Below are positions 36,049 to 43,848 of a DNA stretch of 44,364 nt, piece after piece. A model generated the notes under the pieces. It did not search any database. It was given only the letters and a program-made list of their open reading frames with translations, and was not told the origin of the DNA. The stretch is from a virus. Its lineage: Duplodnaviria > Caudoviricetes. The DNA is taken from positions 1-44,364 of IMG/VR virus record IMGVR_UViG_3300042884_000704; one strand, 5' to 3'. How positions within the stretch are numbered: the first letter of the stretch is position 1; every line of letters begins with the position of its first letter. A program made the translations under genes and the position numbers.

Positions 36049-36472
36049 CCTGCTCAAGCTGCTTTGCGTCCTGCTGATCCTCGGCGGCTGCGTGTGGCCG
36101 TGGGCCTGCTGGTTCGCGCAGTCGGACAAGCCACTCCGAGAGGTCGAGGAATCGATCGACTGGAATCCCTCAGAGGGCAAGCGGTCCTCGGGGTGGCGTC
36201 AGGTGCGTGATCGGTTCGTGCAAAAAAATCCAGTTTGTGTTGCGTGCGGTTCATCGGTGGCGTTGAATGTTCATCACGTTCGCCCGGTCAGTAAGTTCCC
36301 GAAGCTGGAACTGGTCGAGTCGAATCTGATAACCCTGTGCCGGGATCATCACTTGACGCTCGGGCATGACCCGGACGGTCCGTGGTCGCCAAAGAAGGCA
36401 AGCTGGTCCGAGTGGAATCCTCGGGTGCGTGAACATGCGGCCGAGGTCGCTAGGGGCAGGAAAATAAAGTAG
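36041..36472 (+). CDS. HNH endonuclease with N-terminal hydrophobic segment
   Basis: RSSGWRQVR...CVACG...VHHVRP...NLITLCRDHH. Confidence 0.8.
   Translation: MRDLLKLLCVLLILGGCVWPWACWFAQSDKPLREVEESIDWNPSEGKRSSGWRQVRDRFVQKNPVCVACGSSVALNVHHVRPVSKFPKLELVESNLITLCRDHHLTLGHDPDGPWSPKKASWSEWNPRVREHAAEVARGRKIK
36239..36265 (+). promoter_or_regulatory. GTT-N15-GTGGCGTTG motif, copy 12 (intragenic)
   Basis: Exact spacing is kept although it lies inside the HNH gene. Confidence 0.4.
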
Positions 36473-36499
36473 CGTTCTGTTTTTTGAAGGGCTAGGAAA

Positions 36500-36619
36500 A
36501 TGCTGGTTTTTGTTTTTTGGATGGCTGTATCGTTTGTCCTCGGTGCTGCGTTCGGCTGCGGTGCAACGTTGTGGGGCATGGCTGGTTCGGAATCGTTCGT
36601 TGATCGGGATGACTCATGA
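36500..36619 (+). CDS. small TM peptide
   Basis: MLVFVFWMAVSFVLGAAFGCGATLWG...; stop overlaps the next ATG. Confidence 0.4.
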   Translation: MLVFVFWMAVSFVLGAAFGCGATLWGMAGSESFVDRDDS

Positions 36620-36921
36620 GCAAGCTAGAAAAGGTGGCGATCGACCTGCTGCGTGCTGAGGCAAAATCAGATCGGGCTCGCGCTGAGGCTGAGGCATCGG
36701 CGGTCGAGTTGATCCAGGTCGCTTCCGAGGGGATCTCGCTGCGGGAGTTGGCACGACGAACCGGGCTGAGTGTTTCGTACCTGTCGGCGGTTCAGACCGG
36801 CAGGCAGAAAATAAGTAGCAATGCGTTCGTGCGCATCGCGGGTATGAAGTTCGCCAAGGTCAAGCTCAACGCTTATGCTCTTGACGAAGAACGAAGGCTG
36901 GATGCGGGAGGAAAGCAATAG
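36616..36921 (+). CDS. XRE-family HTH protein
   Basis: GISLRELARRTGLSVSYLSAVQTGRQKIS. Confidence 0.8.
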   Translation: MSKLEKVAIDLLRAEAKSDRARAEAEASAVELIQVASEGISLRELARRTGLSVSYLSAVQTGRQKISSNAFVRIAGMKFAKVKLNAYALDEERRLDAGGKQ

Positions 36922-36923
36922 CG

Positions 36924-37358
36924 ATGATTGATTTACGAATGGTCGCCGATGACCGAGGCAACTTGCAGTTGCAAATGAGGTCTCGAAACGACACTATCAG
37001 CCGCCACGGTAGGTTTTATCAGGGCGACTGGAATCCATGGCAATCAGTACCGATCGTCCACGACCCTACTCAGTTGGTCGACCGGGTTGAAATCTTCGAT
37101 GCAAGATCATCGGGAGCAAAGCCGGACGTTGGCCTGACCGGAAAGCAGCTTGCTGAGGTTCTGGAATACATGGCAGCATCTCGCAAGTACCACCAGGATC
37201 AGGGGATGAATCAACTCGCAGGAGACATTCAATCGAGGTCTTTTGCCAGCGGCGTAGCGGCTGGAATCTTCGAGTGCATTTCAAAGATCCAGAACGTAAT
37301 CGGCCAGCAAGCCGACGAATCGACCGATGACGAATTTGATCCGGACCTACCTTACTAG
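36924..37358 (+). CDS. hypothetical protein
   Basis: GGAGG upstream; acidic C-terminal DDEFDPDLPY. Confidence 0.55.
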   Translation: MIDLRMVADDRGNLQLQMRSRNDTISRHGRFYQGDWNPWQSVPIVHDPTQLVDRVEIFDARSSGAKPDVGLTGKQLAEVLEYMAASRKYHQDQGMNQLAGDIQSRSFASGVAAGIFECISKIQNVIGQQADESTDDEFDPDLPY

Positions 37359-37365
37359 GAAAAGG

Positions 37366-37947
37366 CTACCCGACAAGCCGCATAACATCGGCCGAATCGA
37401 GCGTGACAAAATCCTGCTGTGTCCATGCCATGATACCGACGGCAGCACTTACGAGGCTTGCTGGCGTGTCGGACGAGTCGATTTCCAGTAGGGGCAGAAT
37501 CAGTTTGTCGGTCCTGATGCCGTAAAGGTATTTCGCAGCGTCGCGGGTCATGCAGACCCCCTCAAGATTCGCGGCGTTGCGTTTTCTTGCGCACTCTTGC
37601 GCCCATTCGACCGTCGTAAAGTTCGCACCGTTGACAAGCTCGATCCGAAGTTCGTACCGATTCAGGATGCTTTTCGGTGTCGGCCGACGCTCGAAGAAGT
37701 ACGACGATTCGGCAAGCGTGATCATCCCTGGCGGTGGCTGCTTGCGATTGATCGGCGGGATTGTGAGCAGGGCGATTCGGTGTCGGAGCTTGCGGTCGTA
37801 CTGCCAGCGGAGCCGACCGGAGAGGTGTGCGGTGACGGTGTTCCTGGCGAGGCGAAGCCGTAGGGCTATTTCCGTCTTGGGAGTTCCGGCGTGGGAAAGC
37901 CAGAAGATTTGGTACACTGTCTGAGGGTCGAGTCGCATGGTGAGCAA
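37366..37947 (-). CDS. HTH DNA-binding protein
   Basis: GTPKTEIALRLRLARNTVTAHL HTH; fills a gap with no credible + strand gene. Confidence 0.6.
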   Translation of the reverse strand: MLTMRLDPQTVYQIFWLSHAGTPKTEIALRLRLARNTVTAHLSGRLRWQYDRKLRHRIALLTIPPINRKQPPPGMITLAESSYFFERRPTPKSILNRYELRIELVNGANFTTVEWAQECARKRNAANLEGVCMTRDAAKYLYGIRTDKLILPLLEIDSSDTPASLVSAAVGIMAWTQQDFVTLDSADVMRLVG

Positions 37948-37977
37948 TTATGACCTATAGTCAGGCCGGAGGGTACT

Positions 37978-40900
37978 ATGGATCTGATCGTCGAAAAGAT
38001 GGCCGAGAGTAAAAGTCTAGTTGAATCCTGGGGCGAGGTCATCGATGTGACCGAGTTCATGACGGATTCGAGCGGGTTTTTCAATACGAATGGACTCGGT
38101 GCGTTCACCCAGATTTACGACCGGGCCGACGGTCGATACCGTCCAGTCTATACCAACGAGTCCGACCTGAAACTGATCCGGGCTATGTCCTGGCTGCTGG
38201 TCGAGAAGGTACCGATGGCTCAAGCCTGGGTGAACCGGCTGCTGGATTACACGATCGGGACCGGGTTCGACTGGACGATCAAGGCCGACGATAAACGGCT
38301 TGAGAAGGCGATCCAGTTGTACGTTCGGGAATCGCTCGACGTATCGAACTGGTCGACGGAACTCGAGCGTGAGTCCTACATGCGGGAGGTCGCTGACGGC
38401 GAGTTCATCGGTGAGCATATCTACGAAGACGGTCAGTGTATGGTCGTTTCTCGGGAGGCTGACGAGCTTACCGAACCGGCAATCAAAGGCGAACTGGAAG
38501 AATGGCTCGGGCTGGATTTCGTTCCGTCCTGGACGTTCGGCGTGCTGACGAAGGAATCCCTTCCGGAGCGACCAATCGGGTATCACTTCGTCCGAAACTC
38601 GGCTGGAACCGATTGGGATTACGTTCCTGCGGATCGCGTCTGCATGTGGAAGCGGAACGTACGATCGCGGGGCAAGCGTGGGTTCTCGGACTTCTACAAG
38701 CCGCACCTGTATCTGCTCCGGGCCGACCGGGTACTGACCAACACCGCAGAAGGGGCCGCTACTCAGGCTGCGATTGCGTATATCGTCGAGCACCGGGACG
38801 GAACGCAAAGGCAAGCCGATAACATCGTCAAGCGGTTCGCACCTCCGACCGGCAAGGTGGACCCGTTGACCGGGCTCGCACAACGACGGCGGCGAATGCT
38901 TCCGGGTACTCGGCTCGACGTTCCCGAGGGGCAGGCGTACAAGGCAGGTCTGCTCGGCTCGAACAACTCAGGGATCTACATCGAGGTCATGGAATCGGCT
39001 TTGAGGCTCGCTGGTTCGGTCCATGCGTTCGTCGAAGGGATGCTGACCGGTTCCTATGCGAACAACAACTTCGCGTCGGCTCTGGTCGCTGAGGGGCCGT
39101 TCATGCAGGGCCGGCTCGCAGAGCAGTCGCAACGCAAAGAGCGAATGCGGGATATGATCCTGAAAATAATCAAGCTCGGAGCGTCGAAGGGCCGGTTTCG
39201 ATCGGCCGGTTTCGATTCCTGGGATGCGGTCCGGGACCGGGTCACGGTCGAGGTCATTCCGTCGCGGATTATTCCGGTCGATCCACTCAAGACCGCACAA
39301 GCCCTGGCGATCCAAAAGCAGAACGGTTGGGTGTCGGACAAAACCTGCATCAACGAACTCGGACGGGATATCGATACCGAGACGGCAAACGGGCTCAAGG
39401 TCGGCGGCGCTGAGAAGCAAGCCGGGGCCGATGGTCAACCTGGGGCTGCTGGTCCTGCTGCTGGCCAGGACGGGAATCCTGTAAACGTTTCCAAGAATCC
39501 GGAGCCAGAATCCTCACTTTGGCTGGGATTATCGCGTCAACAGTGGCAACGGAACCGCAAGGCCGTGAGCGATGTGCTGACGGATTTCGCAGACGGAAAG
39601 ACCCGGCGTTCGGTCGCGGTCGCTCTGCTGCGTGCTATCGGGATGCCGGAGCAAGGGATCCAAACGATCCTTCGGGATGCGTCAGACGGGCAGATCGATT
39701 CGCTACCACCAGAGCAGATGGAATCTGTCCAGGAGGCCGAGAGAAAAACACTCAACCGTCCCTTTCGTACGTCGAATGGTCCTAAGAAATTTGCGGTCTA
39801 CGTCAAGAACGAAAAAGGGAACGTGATCCGGCTCGGCTTCGGTGATCCGAAGATGAAAATCAAGCGGGACAATCCAGGAAGCCGGCGCGGGTTTCGGGCT
39901 CGGCATAACTGCCAAGACCCAGGGCCGAAGTACAAGGCTCGATACTGGTCCTGTCGGTTCTGGTCGAAGCCAAGCGTCTCGAAACTTCTGCGCGAGTCGG
40001 TCGAGGAATTCATTCCATGGGACGGCAAGACGTTCGTTCGGGAGTCGTGGCTACTGAAAACAAATCCGCGATTGCAGGAGGCGTTCTGTGCAACCGGCAA
40101 GAAGGGTGGCGTAAAGAACGACTGCCCACCGAAACGGACACCAAAGGCACCGGCAAAACCAAAATTCGTATCAAGCGACCGGGAACGGAATCTTGAAAAC
40201 GACAAGGTCATCAACGGCATGTTGGCAATGTTCAACGATGCAGATATGGCAGGGCTGCAATCCGTCGAGCATCCAAGTCCAAAGGTGATGGAATACTCAA
40301 AGGCCCTTCAAAGGGCGTTGCACGCGTCGGGCGTGAAGGGTGGAAATCCGATCGACCTGTTCGGCTCTAGCTCTGCAATGCACCAACGCGGCGGCGTGTG
40401 GACCGATGAGCGTCGTGAGCTGCACGCTGAAATCTACGACAAGCTGCTGACCGGAGCGGAACCTGTGAGCAATCCTGTGTTCGTTCTGCTTGGCGGTGGA
40501 TCGGCATCCGGAAAGAGCACCCTGACGGCTGGTGGTTTGGCTGAAATCCCTGGATCGATCGTTCGAGTGGATTCGGACCAAATAAAAGCAATGCTGCCGG
40601 AATACGCGGAAGCAAGCGGCAAGGATGCTAGGGCTGCGGCGTTCGTGCATGACGAGTCTGCTTACATGGCCAAGGAGCTTGCTGCAATCGCGTCTGGCCG
40701 TGGCTACAACACAATGCTGGACGGAACTGGCAACGGATCCGAAGGTGGCTTGGCTGGCAAAGTTGGGATCGCTAGGGATCGCGGGATGAAGGTGGTCGCA
40801 GTCTATGCAACGACCGACCTGGACACCGCATTGAAACGAAACGCTGAACGTGCAAAAACCGACGGTCGGATGGTCCCCAATTCGTTCCTGCGATACTCTC

Positions 40901-41073
40901 ATTCGCAGGTCAGCGCGTTGTTCCCTCGGTTCGTTGCAAACGGGAGCTTCGATGAGGCTCACCTGTACGACACGACCGGGGATGCCAAGAAGATTGCAAC
41001 GTATCAAAACGGATCGCTCGAGGTTCACGATCCAAAGGCGTACCGGAAGTTTTTAGATAAGGCAGGTCGCTAA
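37978..41073 (+). CDS. portal protein fused to C-terminal cargo domains including a Zeta/PezT-like P-loop kinase
   Basis: aa 1-475 portal-like (REVADGEFI, PIGYHF, VPADRV, RGFSD, NFASALVAE); basic KKFAVYVK..FGD..FRARHNC..ARYWSC domain; GGGSASGKS, VDSDQIK, HDES, LDGT, GRMVP. Confidence 0.8.
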   Translation: MDLIVEKMAESKSLVESWGEVIDVTEFMTDSSGFFNTNGLGAFTQIYDRADGRYRPVYTNESDLKLIRAMSWLLVEKVPMAQAWVNRLLDYTIGTGFDWTIKADDKRLEKAIQLYVRESLDVSNWSTELERESYMREVADGEFIGEHIYEDGQCMVVSREADELTEPAIKGELEEWLGLDFVPSWTFGVLTKESLPERPIGYHFVRNSAGTDWDYVPADRVCMWKRNVRSRGKRGFSDFYKPHLYLLRADRVLTNTAEGAATQAAIAYIVEHRDGTQRQADNIVKRFAPPTGKVDPLTGLAQRRRRMLPGTRLDVPEGQAYKAGLLGSNNSGIYIEVMESALRLAGSVHAFVEGMLTGSYANNNFASALVAEGPFMQGRLAEQSQRKERMRDMILKIIKLGASKGRFRSAGFDSWDAVRDRVTVEVIPSRIIPVDPLKTAQALAIQKQNGWVSDKTCINELGRDIDTETANGLKVGGAEKQAGADGQPGAAGPAAGQDGNPVNVSKNPEPESSLWLGLSRQQWQRNRKAVSDVLTDFADGKTRRSVAVALLRAIGMPEQGIQTILRDASDGQIDSLPPEQMESVQEAERKTLNRPFRTSNGPKKFAVYVKNEKGNVIRLGFGDPKMKIKRDNPGSRRGFRARHNCQDPGPKYKARYWSCRFWSKPSVSKLLRESVEEFIPWDGKTFVRESWLLKTNPRLQEAFCATGKKGGVKNDCPPKRTPKAPAKPKFVSSDRERNLENDKVINGMLAMFNDADMAGLQSVEHPSPKVMEYSKALQRALHASGVKGGNPIDLFGSSSAMHQRGGVWTDERRELHAEIYDKLLTGAEPVSNPVFVLLGGGSASGKSTLTAGGLAEIPGSIVRVDSDQIKAMLPEYAEASGKDARAAAFVHDESAYMAKELAAIASGRGYNTMLDGTGNGSEGGLAGKVGIARDRGMKVVAVYATTDLDTALKRNAERAKTDGRMVPNSFLRYSHSQVSALFPRFVANGSFDEAHLYDTTGDAKKIATYQNGSLEVHDPKAYRKFLDKAGR
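39480..39493. repeat. palindrome copy 8
   Basis: TGTAAACGTTTCCA in the portal linker. Confidence 0.75.
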
Positions 41074-43817
41074 TGCTTACCGTCGAAAATGCAGCGTCGA
41101 TCATGGCTGCTGTCCAACTTGGTCAACAGTTGCCAATCAACACGCCAGAAGCGCTTGCGATGGCTGAACAACTCCGAGAAGAAATCGCGGCGTTTCCTCC
41201 CGGCGTGGAAGTCGAAATACCGGGCGAGTGGAGCATCGAGGAAAAGCCTGAACTGATGCAGGAAATGCGTTCTGCAAAAAGGCAACGTCTGCGCGAAGCA
41301 TTGATCGCTTCGAGCGGGTATCGACTGATCGAGTCGGTTATGGACTCAATCATGCCGGGTGGCGCTGACCACTGGAAAGGACAGCCAAGAGCAAAGGACG
41401 GAAAGTGGATCGACAGCGGTGTGAATTACAGCAAATGGCCATCACAAAACAGTGCTGCCAACTCGCACAAAAAGAAAATCAAGCTGCTGGAAAAGCTGGT
41501 TGCAAATGGCGAGTACGAAGAGTTCTTGAAGTTGCAGCCTATTATCAAGTCCAAGTCCCCAAACAGCTATCAGAAAGGACTAGCGAAAGCGTGGGAGAAC
41601 CTGCATGAAATCGTTAAGCAATCGATGCAAGCCCCACCAAAAGGTGCGGTCAAAGTCCCTGGTACAATCGCTCTGGCTGGCTGGTCTAAGATTGGAGGAT
41701 CGCTCGGGACCGAGAAGGGTGGGACGTACATCGGTCCAGACGGTGCGAAATACTACGTCAAGACACCAGACAATCCGGCTCGCGCGCACAATGAAGTCCT
41801 GGCATTTAAGCTCTATGAATTGGCCGGTGGGAGCGTTGTTGAGGCTCACTTAGTTCAAGTCGAGGGAAAGACTGGCATCGCGACAAAGTGGATGAACGAT
41901 GCCGAATCTCTTAAGTGGACGGCTGGGGATAAAGTCGCGGCATCCTCGGACTTTGCGTTGCACGCGTGGCTGAACAATTGGGACGCAATCGGGGCTGGCT
42001 CAGAAAATCCAATGGACAACATTAAGCTGTCCGAGGGAAATCTCAAGCTGGTCGATGCTGGTGGATCGCTGGACTATTCCGGCATGGGCGGATCCGGCAA
42101 GAAAATGTTCACAAACGAAGCAAACGAGTGGGACACGCTGCGCGACCCAAAAGTTAACAAAACAATGGCTCAAGTTTTCGGAGGAATGACCGACAAGCAG
42201 CTAGTTGATTCCGTTTCAAAACTTCACAACGTTGGCTACAACGACATTCACGAAATGGTCTGGGAGTATCACCCAGGAACCGGCGATGAAAAAAACAAAA
42301 TGGTTGACACCCTGGTCGACAGGAGAAACTCAATCATTGCTAAAGGCTTGGCCATCCAATCAAAACTCGACAAGGCTGCAAAAGCTGCAGGGGAGTCCTG
42401 GGTCGATTCAATGATTTCGCAAGCGGTCGGATCAAAGGCTGACGAGGCACCTGTAATAATTTCAAGTGTTGCTTCCAAGGGCGAACCAATACCACCACCG
42501 CCAGCGTCGTTTGTCGCGTCAACCAAAACCAAAACGCTGCCACCGCCACCAATCATAACCAGTGCAACAAATCAGTCTGTCCAAGCAAAAATCAACGCTC
42601 TGTACAACGCTGCAAAGTCTGGAAACATTGCAAGCCTGAACGCGATTTCTACCAACCCGGCTGCAATTCAAACCTACTCGAAAAAAGCTCACGCCTACAA
42701 ACAGCAACTCTTAGCAGCAATGCAAGATGGTGCAACCGCGAACCCTGAGCACGTTGTTCCAGTGTCGCAACCTACGGCCGATTTTGGGGCAGCTAAGGCA
42801 TCGGAGAAGGCTGCTGCTGCTTCGGTCGCTCAAGCCGATGAAATGCTCAAGTCCGACGGCAAGAAGGTTCCAAAGGGTCTGTTCTCGCAGCCTCCGACGT
42901 TCCAAGGCTCAAAGACCGAAGTGAACAATGCTTCGGCAGAGAAGATTTTGCAGTTGGCTCGGTCCAGCGACAAGGAAGGTATCCAAGCGGTCGACGTTCC
43001 AGACGGGACAAAAATCGGGGAGTTCAAAAAGAAAATCCTCTCCGAAATTGACCAGATACCTGAGAAAAAAGCAGCGTACCAAAAACAAAAAGCTGAGGCG
43101 CAAGCGGCTCAGGCAAAAGCAAAAGCCGAGCAAGAAAAGGCGGCTGCTGAGTTTAAGCAGAAGTACGGCGATGATTTCTTTTCAGCAGCAAAGGCGCTGA
43201 CCAAATCCAACACGGTTACCAAGTCGGTCGGTTGGTGGAACATCACACACGAAAACATTCCTGTCCCTCATGTGCCTGCAAATGTGCAAGCAGGACCAGA
43301 GCGACACGTACTGATGGCTAAAGGTTACGAGGCTTACGAAAAAGCACCCACGGCTGTGCAAAATGCAATCAAAAAATTTACTGGTTCGTATTCTGGAACC
43401 ATCAATAACGATATGGTTTCCACAAAAGGTGATCCTAAATCGGCCCTTGCAAAAAACGCAGCTAAAGCGTTGGAAAAATACAGCGTCGATTTGCCGGAAG
43501 GAATGTTCCTGTCCAGGAAGTATTCCTATAGCACTGGTCCTGGGAAGCACTTAGTCCCTGGTCAAGTGATTTTTTCCGATACCATTCACTCGACTTCGGT
43601 TGACCCTGATGTTTGGTCTGGAAGCACACACATGCACATCACCATCGGAAAAGGAGTTAAAGGACTTCCGGCTGAGCACTTTTCTAGCCACAAGTCCGAA
43701 AAAGAGGTTGTGATGGGTGCAGGCCAAAGGTACGTCGTGACCAAATACGAACCGCCAGATTCGAGCGGAATCGATCGGATTTACGTTTTGGCGCTGCCCA
43801 CTGGCGGCGTTGACTAG
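41073..43817 (+). CDS. polyvalent head-associated protein: PI3/4K-HipA-like kinase plus VIP2/Alt-like ADP-ribosyltransferase
   Basis: QPRAKDGKW motif; kinase YYVK..NEVLA..LY, WLNNWD, DN, LVDAGGSL; ART FTG...IN, LSRK, STS, EKE. Confidence 0.75.
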   Translation: MLTVENAASIMAAVQLGQQLPINTPEALAMAEQLREEIAAFPPGVEVEIPGEWSIEEKPELMQEMRSAKRQRLREALIASSGYRLIESVMDSIMPGGADHWKGQPRAKDGKWIDSGVNYSKWPSQNSAANSHKKKIKLLEKLVANGEYEEFLKLQPIIKSKSPNSYQKGLAKAWENLHEIVKQSMQAPPKGAVKVPGTIALAGWSKIGGSLGTEKGGTYIGPDGAKYYVKTPDNPARAHNEVLAFKLYELAGGSVVEAHLVQVEGKTGIATKWMNDAESLKWTAGDKVAASSDFALHAWLNNWDAIGAGSENPMDNIKLSEGNLKLVDAGGSLDYSGMGGSGKKMFTNEANEWDTLRDPKVNKTMAQVFGGMTDKQLVDSVSKLHNVGYNDIHEMVWEYHPGTGDEKNKMVDTLVDRRNSIIAKGLAIQSKLDKAAKAAGESWVDSMISQAVGSKADEAPVIISSVASKGEPIPPPPASFVASTKTKTLPPPPIITSATNQSVQAKINALYNAAKSGNIASLNAISTNPAAIQTYSKKAHAYKQQLLAAMQDGATANPEHVVPVSQPTADFGAAKASEKAAAASVAQADEMLKSDGKKVPKGLFSQPPTFQGSKTEVNNASAEKILQLARSSDKEGIQAVDVPDGTKIGEFKKKILSEIDQIPEKKAAYQKQKAEAQAAQAKAKAEQEKAAAEFKQKYGDDFFSAAKALTKSNTVTKSVGWWNITHENIPVPHVPANVQAGPERHVLMAKGYEAYEKAPTAVQNAIKKFTGSYSGTINNDMVSTKGDPKSALAKNAAKALEKYSVDLPEGMFLSRKYSYSTGPGKHLVPGQVIFSDTIHSTSVDPDVWSGSTHMHITIGKGVKGLPAEHFSSHKSEKEVVMGAGQRYVVTKYEPPDSSGIDRIYVLALPTGGVD

Positions 43818-43848
43818 GTAGGATGATTCGATCGGAGGAACTGGAGAA

